Positions 22,701-34,300 of a stretch of 64,000 bases of DNA are shown here, piece by piece. The stretch spans positions 41,024,256 to 41,088,255 of the forward strand of contig NC_057732.1 of assembly GCF_004010195.1 (NCBI RefSeq). Direction: 5' to 3'. The stretch's first letter is position 1; every line of letters starts with the position of its first letter. The translations under genes were made by a program, and so were the position numbers. The notes under the pieces were generated by a model. That model worked only from the letters and a program-made list of their open reading frames with translations. It had not been told where the DNA came from and made no database searches. This DNA is from Chiloscyllium plagiosum (taxonomy: Eukaryota).

Positions 22701-24649
22701 CAACATGCTGGATACTGAGGATTTGGGGAAATGGGAGCAGTCTTCTGAGGAGAAGAATGAGGAGAAGAATGAGGATATTGGGAGAGGAAAAGGCTTGCCT
22801 GACTCACTTGGCAGTCCAGGGCCTGAGGCAGTTTCACTGGTGGCAGCAACCATTGCCTGGCAATGGCACCACTTGAGAGATGGAATTTCTGTTCCCCTTC
22901 CCCAAGGAAGGTCATGGGATTAATCTACCCCATGATTCTCAGCTGTCAGCCAAACAGAAACTGGCAGCTGTCCATTGTCATCAGTACTAGGGAGTGGTGG
23001 CAGCTGCCAGTAAGGCACAAACCAGAAGCCCAGCATTAGTGAGGGATCCAGGCCACAAGTAAGAGGGGGGTGGGACAGTGGTCATCAGATGGGAGTTGCA
23101 GGAGATGCAGAATGAGATATTGACTATAAGGTCAGGAGGGGCTTTCAGCAACGATCAATCCCTAAAGTCAGGTCCCTCACTAAGGCACTGAATGCCTTAA
23201 GATCCTGCAAATATGACAGCACTTGCTTTTCAGGCACCTTGCATGGGACTGCCATATCTTTCAGGTTGAATACCAATGGTAATGGAAGAGGCCCTTATGT
23301 TGGCATTAATTGTCCACTTAAGGACTTTGATTTGCAACATGTTTGGAAGGTTCCACAAGTCTTCTCACACCAGCACTGAGGCAGAGAGGAGCAAGCAACA
23401 ATGGTCCTAATCTGGCACCCTCCCACCCTATTAAATGTAACCCCTGCTGCAAAAATGCCTTAGAGGAGGGTATTAAAGTCCTATCTAATTTATCTTCCTA
23501 ACAACTTGATTTCCTACTTATCTTACTGTTGTCAGCAAATGCAGTTACAATATATTGACAAAGTCATTCATGTGGATCATGAATGGTTGAGACCTGAGCA
23601 CTAATCCTGATAGCACTCCATTGGTTATCATTTACCCATTTGAAAATAATTTTTATGTGGCACCATGTGGTAAGTGAAATAGATTTGTCAAATACAATTT
23701 ATTTTTCATAAAACCACAATGACTTTCTCTCCTTGTATTATGATTTTTAACATGTCCTGCTACTGTCTTCTCAATTATGGATACCAGCATGTTCCTAATG
23801 ACAAACGTTAGGCCTTTAGTTTCCTACTTTCTTCCTCCCTCCTTCCTTGAGCAGAGATGTTACATGTATGGTTTTATAATTCACTTTGGTCTTTCCAGAA
23901 TCTGGAGCATTTGGAAGATAATGATTCACAAGTTCACTACTTCTGGTGCTACTTCTTTTAAGACTCAAGGAGGCATGCCATCAGGTGAAGGGAACTTATC
24001 ACTCCCCAGTTCCTCCAGCTTGCCTAGTTTTTTTTAAATTCTCCAATGATAACAATTAAAATTCTGCGGCTTTTCTGCCCCTGATTTTCTATGATTATTA
24101 GAGCATGTTTAGTGTCTTCTATTGTGAGGACAGAAACAAAATATTTGTTCAAAATCCCTGCCATGTCCTTGTTTTCCATTGTTAATTCTTAGTCTCACCC
24201 CCCCCAGGACCAATATTCATTTCAGCTATTCTCTCAACCTTTTTGTTTACCTGCAGAAACTCCTAGTCTTCACGTTTATATTTCTTATTAGTTTCTTCTC
24301 TTCAGAATCGGTTTCTTTCTCCCTTATGTGCTTTTCTGGCTTGCTTTTCTGGCTTGCACATAAATGCATCCATAATAATCGCCTCAACTTACCTTATCAC
24401 GTTTGTGGTGTTGAGTTTCACTTTCTAACCAGTCTGAGTAAAGATGTTTTCCCAGAAGATTGGAGCCAATAAATTCAATAAGCATTTCAGAGTAACTTCT
24501 AACATCCAGTGAGTGGTTAGAATGTAAAATTTGTTACCTCAAACGACAATAGATTTTAAAATTAAAGCGCCCAATCCCCTAAAAGTAGAAAACAAAGCAA
24601 TCGATGATGTTTAAATGCATTTACCTTTTTGTTGATTTCATATTTAGTT

Positions 24650-24990
24650 CACCTACCGTTGCCATAACAATTCCTTGACCGCTTCCAATATCTGCTGGGA
24701 ATTGTAGTTTTACAGCCAGCAGCAGTACCCATCGGCCGTAGGTAAACTACAACACCCAGCATGCCGTTCACTCGTACGCAGTTTCCGTCCTGGCAGGTAA
24801 GGACTACATCCCCCGACCTGCATTGCGCGCAAGGCATGCGCAGTTGTACCGGAAAGTGGTCGGAAAGGGATGGCGGCTGTTTGGACGTGTCAGTTGATGG
24901 TACAGTGAGTGGAACGGAAGGAGCTAAGGGAATCAGTAGCGGCCTAGCTGGCTATCTTAACTCGACCACCATCTCTTTTCAAGGGACAAG
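24650..24990. promoter_or_regulatory. Bidirectional CpG-rich promoter shared by SLC35B4 (+) and the LRR gene (-)
   Basis: ZNF143/THAP11-type motifs: AAACTACAATTCCCAGCAG (-, 24692-24710), AAACTACAACACCCAGCATGCC (24744-24765), GGACTACATCCCCCGACCTGCA (from 24801). Also NRF1-like GCATGCGCA (24834-24842), ETS-like CCGGAA/CGGAAG, YY1-like GATGGCGGC (24869) and X-box-like GTTGCCATAACAA (24658-24670). CpG is locally enriched. Confidence 0.8.
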
Positions 24991-25067
24991 ATGCACGCAG
25001 TCTTCGCTGTTGGCCTTGTGTTCCTTGGCTGCACCAGCAATGTTGTGTTTCTGGAACTGTTGGTCAG
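24991..25067 (+). CDS. SLC35B4: SLC35B4 coding exon 1 (77 nt)
   Basis: ATG in context AAGATGC; [25 protein letters not shown](R); donor AG|GTGAGT. Confidence 0.95.
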
Positions 25068-28000
25068 GTGAGTGCGGACTGGCATTGCCTGTTATCTTTG
25101 ACAGGTGAACATCAGGGATGTGGCTATCACCTTTATTTACTGTCAGGTGAACATCAGGGATCGGAGTGCCACCTTCTGTCAGAGAAATTTGCCCAATAGG
25201 TTAGAGATCACAAAATACAGCTCAAATTGAAATTGACAAATAGTTTATTGCAAGCTATATAGCTGGAAGAGAAACTGACCACGCTGACACAGAACTAACA
25301 GTTTGTGCAGGTAGATCAGACTTTCTCTTCCCAGAGCTGAGGATGAGACCAGCTTTATAATAATGCTGCACAGTAAGGCTGATTAAGAAATGGGAAACTA
25401 CAATGTATCTGGGAATGGAGTAATCTAGTTACAAGGATGCTAATTGGAAAACAGTTATTGGATGAATGCCCTGCTCCTTCACACAATGCAACATCCTGAC
25501 AGTATTGATGGTTCCATTCCTCTTCACAAGTAGGGTGTTAGTGTCTCCTCTGAAGTGGTGAGGTGCTTCCATTGTCCTGTTCCTGGAGTGTGTCCTTGAT
25601 GGTGCCTCTCTGTCTGACCTGCTCTTTGTGTGGCTTTGGTATTGCTGGGTTGTGAAACTGCCCTTGGGGCTTTGAAATATCTGTGGTGCTCTATCATTGT
25701 TAGCGAGCTTAAAGTGTATTCTCTTGTCTGCGTGGGCTGTCTGATTTGGCTTGTGAGCCTGCTTGGAAATTCTGGGTGTTTTTGGTACAGTTTGGCCAAT
25801 TTTACTTTTGTGGGCCTATCTTGGGTTAGCAGATCTTTTCCCATACCTTCATTTACTGACAGGTGAACACCAGAGATCTGAGTATCACCTTCATTTATTG
25901 ACAGGTGAACACCAGGGATCTGGCTATTATCATCATTTAATAACATGTGCGTACAACAGATCTGACTGTAACCTTTACATATATATTTGATAAGTATGTA
26001 CCGGTCAGGCAGGGAGACAGTTGTTGAGCATGGGAGCTGTGGTTTACTAAGGAAGTTGAATTTTTTTGTCAGGAGAAAGAAGAAGGATACAGGCTACTAG
26101 ACTAGATGGGATTGAGGTGCATAAAGAGGAGATGTAAGCAATTCTGGAAAGTGTAAAAATAGATAAGTCTCCAGGGCCATATGGGATTTATCCTAGGATT
26201 CTCTGGGAAGCCAGAGAGAAAATTACTGAGCTTTTGGCTTTGATCTTTATGTCATCGCTGTCTACAGGAATAGTACAAGAAGACTGGAGGATAGCAAATG
26301 TTGTTCCCTTGTTCAAGAAGGGGAATTGAGACAACCCTGGAAATTATAGACCTGTGAGCCATACTTCAGTTGTGGGTAAAGGGTTATAAGAGATAGGATT
26401 TATAATCATCTAGAGAAGAATATGTTGTTTAGGGATAGTCAACACGGTTTTGTGAAGGGTAAGTCATGCCTCACAAACCTTATTGAGTTATTTGAGAAGG
26501 TGACCAAACAGGTGGATGAGGGTAAAGCAGTTGATGTGGTTTATATGGATTTCAGTAAGACATTTGATGAGTTCCACACGGTAAGCTATTGCATAAAATA
26601 CAGAGGCATGCGATTTGAGGGTGATTTAGTAGTTTGGGTCAGAAATTGGCTAGCTGAAAGAAGACAGAGGGTGGTGGTTGATGGGAAATATTCATCTGGA
26701 GTTCAGTTACTAGTGGGGTACCACAAGGATCTGTTTTGGGTCCACTATTGTTTGTCATTTTAATAAATGACCTGGATGAGGGCACAGAAATTGGCAGATA
26801 ACACCAAGGTCAGTAGAGCTGTGGATAGTGACGAATGTTGTAGGTTACAGAGATAAGCTGCAAAGCTGGGCTGAGGGGTGGCAAATAGAGTTGACTGTGG
26901 AAAAGTGTGAGATGATTCACTTTGGAAGGAGTAACAGGAATGCAGAGTACTGGGCGGATGGGAAGATTCTTGGTAGTGTAGATGAGCAGAGACATCTCGA
27001 TGTCCAGGTACACAGATCCTTGAAAGTTGCCATCCAGGGTTATAAGGTTGTTAAGAAGGCATACACTGTGTTAGCTTTTATTGGTAGAGGGATTGAGTTT
27101 CTGAACCATGAGATCATGCTGCAGTGTACAAACCTCTGGTGTGGCCACATTTAGAGTATTGCGTACATTTCTGGTCACCACATTATAGGAAGGATGTGGA
27201 AGCTTTGGGAAGGGTTCAGAGGAGATTTACTAGTATGTTGCCTGGTATGGAGGGAAGGTCTTACGAGGAAAGGCTGTTTTTGTTAGAGAGAAGAAGGTTG
27301 AGAAGTGATTTAATTGAGACATATAAGATAATCAGAGGGTTAAATAGGTTGGACAGTGAGAGCCTTTTTCCTTGGATCGCGATGGCTAGCATGAGGGGAG
27401 ATGCATGGGAATGGAATAGTATGGGTTAGATGGGCTTCAGATTGGTTCCGCAGATCGGCGCAACATCGAGGGCTGAAGGGCCTGTACTGAGCTGTAATGT
27501 ACTATGTTCTATAGTTTGGTAAAATGTTATGAATGCTGGAACTCCGTAATGAAGGTAGCTAATAGTAGATCACTGTTTCACGTGGAAAAAGTATTTTGAC
27601 ACATCAAGTTGGAAAACATGCTTTGGAGGTGCTGGTGTTAGACTGGCGTGGACAAAGTTAAAAATCACACGACACCAGGTTATAGTCCAACAGGTTTGTT
27701 TGGAAGCACGAGCTTTCGAAGCGCTGCTCCTTCTCAACCACCTGATGAAGGAGCAGCTCTCCGAAAGCTAGTGCTTCCAGATAAACCTGTTGGACTATAA
27801 CCTGGTGTCGTGTGATTTTTAACTTTGTTCAAGTTGTTAAAGTGTTGACCATCAGTGCATAGAACATATTGGGGACAGTCTCAGAACAATTTGTTATAGA
27901 GCCAACAAGTGGAAAATAGACTTTAGATCTGGTAATCTATAATAGGACACTATTAATTGATCTCTTAATAAAGGATCTTCTAGTCAAGTGTGGGAACATG

Positions 28001-31000
28001 TGGGAATTTCACATTCAGTTTAAGGATGAGAGATTAGGTCTGAATTTAGTGCAATACATGCATAATACGCACTTGAGCTGTTAGCATTGTATGAACCAAC
28101 TCAGAGTCAAGATTAGAGTGGTGCTGGTCAGGCAGCATCTGAGGAGCAGGAAAATCGACATTTCTGGCAAAAGCCCTTCATCAAGAATGTGATATGAACC
28201 ATGTCGTATGAACCAACTCCCTCTTAGATCACAATATGATTCACATAATATCCAAACAGAGTCAGCATATTTTTTTATGAAAGTGAAAATGTTTGATAAA
28301 TTTATTTGAGTTCTCTGAGGATGTAGTGTAATTGGATTTCCAAATAAAGTGCTGCATACAAGTTGCTACACAAAACTGTTCTCTCCTTTGTAGCTTGTTT
28401 GTACCATCCTCCTTGCAAACTACTACTTTCTCCATCCTTCCTGAAGCTGACTTCTCCTTGCTCGCCTCTGTCATATGTGAATATTTTCAGAAGTCATCTG
28501 GTGAGAAGGCACACATGAGATATATCATGAAATTTGAGACACAGTATGTTAAAAGAGATTTTTATTTTCATTCGATTTCAACTCTAGCCTCTCTGGCAAC
28601 CTGAAGCATTTGAATGAAATTCAGGAATGCTTTGGGAACGTCTCATGTCTGTTTGATTCAGCCCATTACAGCCTTCAAACTCAACAATGAATTCACCAAT
28701 TTTAGAGTCAATGCTCCCATTTTTTGAGATGCCAGAGATTCTGTTATTTGCAGCTCTTTTAGGCCATCTTTTGTTTCTTTATTTGTCCAAGAAAACTTCT
28801 TAGTGCAAGGAACAATCATCTCTTTAGACACAATCGTTCTTAACTTCTAATCTTATGCTGTTTCTCCCTGCCACTGTACCTGCTTGAAATCTATTACTGT
28901 GCACCTCATGTTTTGCGCTTGAAGTATTAAATCAGCTCTTTCCACAGATATTGCATGACATGCTGAGTATTTCCAACACTTCCCGTTTGTATGAAAGTGA
29001 ACGTAGCCACAGAAATCAATGTCTCGAACAGATAGTTTAGGGTTGTATTGTATTGTATTGTATTGTTGAATAGCCGACACGGAAGACCATCAGGAATCAC
29101 CTTCGAGCCTGCGCCATTGCCAATATGCCTGAATGTTTGTTTCCAGTGTTACACCGAAGTGTTTTACATTTTCCTTTCTGCCCGTGTAAACTGCTGGTAA
29201 AAGCACATTTATAACTCGCTCCAGGAGGGACCGTATTGTTGAAGAGGAGAGTGTGAAACGGACTGGTAAGCTAGAAGAGATACTTGTTAGGAAGGAAGAT
29301 GTGTTGGACATTTTGAACAACTTGAGGATAGACAAGTCCCCCGGGCCTACGGGATATATCCTAGGATTATGTGGGAAGCAAGAGAGGAAATTGCAGTACC
29401 ATTGGCAATGATCTTTTCGTCTTCACTGGCAACGGGGGTGGTACCAGGGGACTGGAGAGTAGCAAATGTTGTGCCCCTGTTCAAAAAAGGGAATAGGAAT
29501 AAACCCGGGAATTACAGGCCAGTGAGTCTTACTTCGGTGGTAGGCAAAGTAATGGAAAGGGTACTGAGGGATAGGACTTATGAGTATCTGGAAGGCCCAA
29601 TACATGTGTTACATTATGATTCACACATGTATTGGGACATAATTTTACACCACATTCCACTGCTTGGCCCAATACATGTGTTACATTATGCTTGATTCAG
29701 TTCAATTCGTTTCAGTTAATTTCAGTTCAGTCAATTCAGTGTAGTTCAATTCAGCTCAGTTCAGGTCTGTTCAGTTCAATTCAATTGTGTTCAATTCAGT
29801 TCCGTCCATTTCAATTCAATTTAGCTCAGTTCCATTTTGTTCCGTTCAATTTGATTCACTTCAGTTCCACTCAGTTCAGTTCAGTTCAATCCCATTCAAT
29901 TCTGTTAACTCCGCTTCAGCTTTTTTGACATGCCCACATCCTCCGCTGTACCCCAGGCAATGGGTTCTTCGGCAGGACTGGGATCCTCTCAAGGGTGGAC
30001 AGCAGCGACCCTGGGGTTCCTACGCCCTCGGCCTCCCAGTTCTCCGGTCGCCCCCCACCATTTCTCAAACAAACTGCCACGTCATGCCACGGTCCATGCC
30101 ATCCCGGGACGGTCGGGACCTCCACAGTTTGTTCCTCTGGTTTCTTAGCCTTTTTCCAAAACATTGTTCTGTATCAAAATCTTTCCTCAATTGCGATTGA
30201 TCCTGCCGGCTACGCCAAAATGTTTTAAAATAATTCTCAAGGTCAAGGACCAGGCTCGCAGGAAAGTAGTCTGACACAGAACAAACAGCCAAGAGGCGAG
30301 TCTGCTAGAATATGAGCGTTTTATTCCCCGCAGCGTCGCCACAACCAGGTCTCCCGGGTCTGGCTTATACTCACTCTACATGTTACCGGAACTGGGAGCC
30401 GTCAGTTCTCGTAGAGCGGTTGCCAACAACCCACGCTCGGCGGTTAAACGTAACCCCGGAGCAGACTCCCGGGTCTGGTTTATACTCACTCTACGTGTTA
30501 CCGGAACTGGGAGCCGTCAGTTCTCGTAGAGCGGTTGCCAACAACCCACGCTCGGCGGTTAAACGTAACCCCGGAGCAGACTCCCGGGTCTGGTTTATAC
30601 TCACTCTACGTGTTACCGGAACTGGGAGCCGTCAGTTCTCGTAGAGCGGTTGCCAACAACCCACGCTCGGCGGTTAAATGTAACCCCGGAGCAGACTCAC
30701 CGAACTGGAGACTTTTCCAGCTGATATACTCTTTTCCAGATATAAACATTCATGTGAACAGCAGAGCAAGGCTAAAAAACACATTCCATTCTGGTTACAT
30801 ACAGATAAGAAGATTCACACGGGGAGGTGTGTAATAAGATTCACACGGGACTAAGCAACACCTCCATTCCGGTTAGATTCACACATGTATTGGGACATAA
30901 TTTTTAACCGTTTCACCACATTCCACTGCTTGGAATTTTACACCACAGCATGGAATGCGCTGCCTGTGGGAGTGGTAGAGTCAGAATCATTGGCGACCTT

Positions 31001-31353
31001 TAAGCGGCAATTGGATAGGTACATGGATGGGTGCTTAAGCTAGGACAAATGTTCGGCACAACATCGTGGGCCGAAGGGCCTGTTCTGTGCTGTATTGTTC
31101 TATGTTCTAGGGTACCGTTAAAAGGCATTGCTTTCCTCATTGGACAAATTTGGGAAGTGGTAAGCTGCAAAACTTTGTACTGAGATTTTATTTGGTTTTC
31201 ATACAACATAATTTGATCATGGATAAAAGAGGGGACAATGTCAAAGTTTGCCAATTCAGTGGAAGTATGATATAATGCAGGTGCTGGAGTTCAAGAGGTA
31301 ATACCATATAGGACATGACCTGTTGTGTTTTAATCAGCCTGTTATTGTGTTGT

Positions 31354-31398
<45 letters not shown>

Positions 31399-34300
31399 CA
31401 CCTTTGGAGCAGGTTTTTCTTCTGTCTTTGTGAAGATCGACCAGAATCCATTTTCTCACTTCATCACATATTTTAGTCCTTGGTTTCCCTCATTTTATGA
31501 AGATGGACGTCTGTGTGTTTTCCAGACCTAGAGGGCATAGGTTAAGGGTGAGAGGGGAAAGATATAAAAGAGACCTGCAAGGCAAATTTTTCACACAGAG
31601 GGTGGGACGGGTATGGAATGAGCTGCCAGAGGAAGTGGTGGAGGCTGGTACAATTGCAACATTTAAGAGGCATTTGGATGGGTATATTAATAGGAAGGGT
31701 TTGGAGGAATATGGGCTGGGTGCTGGCAGGTGGAACTAGCTTGGGTTGGGCTATCTGGTCGGCGTGGACGGGTTGGACCGAAGAGTCTGTTTCCATGCTG
31801 TACACCTCTATGACTCTATGACTACTGTTGGTTGATGTTTTTCTTTCTTCTTAATTGAGCAAGAGGAGGTTTGTGTGTAATTTAGATTCCAGCATTGACT
31901 GGTTGGGTCAAATGGCCAATTTCTGTGCTGAAAATCAATGTAACTCCTTCATTAATTTGGCCAAGTTGGCAAACAGTCTTCCCCCAGTATCCCACCCATT
32001 GTGAATGTTGTGGCCATCCCACTCCACCCCAACATCAGATTTCCAATTGGGCCCAGGGTTGACCTTGAAATCTGATCTGGAACACGACTCGTGCAACAAA
32101 AGGCAAAGGACATGAATTGATTGATTTTTGTCATAGATTCTTCTAAGTGCTCTTACACATAATTGAATTTTTTTCACCATCACCGCATCACTGACTTTTT
32201 TTTTGTTTTCAGCTGTTAATCACTATCATGCATCATCCATGTAACCAGGTAGAAATTTACATGCAAAGTCTCTTATCGGGCAATGCAAACCATCAAAGGT
32301 GAGGGAGAGGGGAAGGAGGCTAAATCAAAAGTGATTTGGAAGGGGAAATGTGAACTGATTACTATTTTTGAATCAACCTGCTCAGAGAATGTTGTCATAT
32401 ACACTTGAGCAGGTGGAATTTGAACTCAGTCCTCCTGGTCCAGAGATGGAGACATTACCACTGTGCCACATGAACCCTCAACATGAACTGATTAATACAA
32501 TAGTTAAATGGGTGACAAGTTCAATAGTATGTTTGAGGAGAAATGAATTGGCCCTGTGGTAAAATTGTTGCAGAAGAGAGCAGTTTTCAGAAACCAAACA
32601 AAGCTCCAGAAATGTTGGAAGAGTGTCATTAAAAGACAAATGGAACATAGAATTTCTCACAGTAGAAATATAAAAGCAAAAAAGTAATGTTAAAAGATGT
32701 TGGTTGGGTAACAGATTTCATTGCTCTTCACTTTTGGAAAGATATTGGGGAGCCAAAGATGTACAATAAAGATCCACAGTAATGATACTTTGTGATTGTG
32801 AATAAATACTCAAGTTTGGTCTTTCTTTCACTGAAACACTTAAATAATAAGATCATAATGTTAGGCTCCTGCTTATTGTCTGCACCTTCACCTTCAACAC
32901 CATAATTCCAAACAAACTCATCTCCAAACTCCAGCACCCTGATCTCTGCTCTCCCTCTGTAACTGTATTCTTGACTTCCTGATCAACAGACTGCAGTCAG
33001 GATGGACAGGCGACAAACCTCATCCATAATAATCCTCAATACCAGTGTCCTGCAAGTCTGCGGATGCAACCCCCAACTATACTACTTATACATGCCTGAC
33101 TGTGTGGTCAATTCCACACCTATTGCATTTACAAGTTTGCTGATGACATCATTGTAAGTCAGATCTCAAACAATGACATGATGGAATGCAAGAAAGGGAT
33201 TAAATGCTTAATGGCATGGTGTAAAACCAACAATCTCTCCATCAGCAAAACGAAGGAGCTGGTCATTGACTTCATGAATTGAAGTGGAAGGCTCGCCCCT
33301 GTCTGCATCAATGGTGCTGAGGTGGAGATGTTTGAGAGCATCAGGTTCTTGGGAGTGACAATCACCAACAATCTGTCCTGGTCCTATCATGTTGACACTA
33401 TGGTCAAGAAAGCACAACAATGTCATCAAGATCGTTTTAATATTAATTTTAATCTTTGCACCTTCTCGGCAGCTGTAACATTGTATCCTGCACTCTGTTC
33501 AGTTACCTTGATGCACTGTATAGTACTATCTACTTGTAAAGCCACACTTTTCACTCTACCTTAGTATATGTTGCTGTAATAAATTAATTCAAAAATCAAA
33601 CGTAAGCTGTAAGAGTAGGCTCAATAAGATTCATCTGATTGTGATCTTAACTTCACCCTTTGCCATATACACATAACCCTCAATTCTGTTGTAGATTGAA
33701 AGTCTGTCTAACTCAGTCTTGAATATATTTACAGTTACAGCTCCACTGTTGTCCTGGCAAGAGAGTTCTAAAGACTAAAATTGTGTTAGAAAATAAATTC
33801 CTCCGTATCAGTCATGTGTTAACTGGAAGACTCCATATTTTTAAATAGTTTCCCCGAGATTCTCCCATGAAGGGAAATCATCCTTAAAATTCGGTTGCCA
33901 GTTGTTCGAGCAAGGGCATTAATTGAACTGCCTAAATGACACAGTTTAGATCTAGTAGAAGGGTAGCCTGAATCTATCCCTTAGAGACTAAAACCTAAAC
34001 TCTAGATCATGGATCACTTGATCACGCTACCCAAGATCTAATAATTAAGATTTTAAAGCTATAAAATATTTGAATGGAATTAAAAGATAAAAATTGTGTC
34101 CATTGAGCAATCAATAACAGGCGTTAGGCACATGGTTATTCTAGAAACAACGGGAGGAGAAACCAGAGGAAATCATTTAGAGCCTGGACCATATTAGCAC
34201 AAGTAGTTTTGAAGAAAGACATTTGAAAGCAAGAATATAAAGGGTTATGGGTAAAGGTTATAGAAATGGAATGGAATTAGAAAGTTCTAGTTGACTACCA

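Larger units (their letters stand above)
29594..30947. mobile_element. Unclassified CpG-rich non-coding insert with split terminal direct repeats, pentamer satellite and 115-bp array
   Basis: A (29594-29618), B (29618-29667), A (29666-29690) ... B (30876-30933); bounded on both sides by CR1 sequence. Confidence 0.5.

Noticed and set aside
24625-24641. Candidate first coding exon of the LRR gene (ATG AAA TCA ACA AAA AG|gtaaat, minus strand)
   Set aside because: It ends in phase 2 while the 18277 exon needs phase 1. It may be a 5' UTR exon or need an intermediate exon (a weak candidate lies near 20568-20603); this cannot be resolved from sequence alone.
24761-25108. 115-aa ORF across the promoter and exon 1
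   Set aside because: It is out of frame with SLC35B4, runs into intron 1 and is a typical chance ORF in GC-rich sequence.
30351-30698. CRISPR-like array
   Set aside because: Units are fully repeated with no unique spacers, the context is vertebrate and there are no cas genes.
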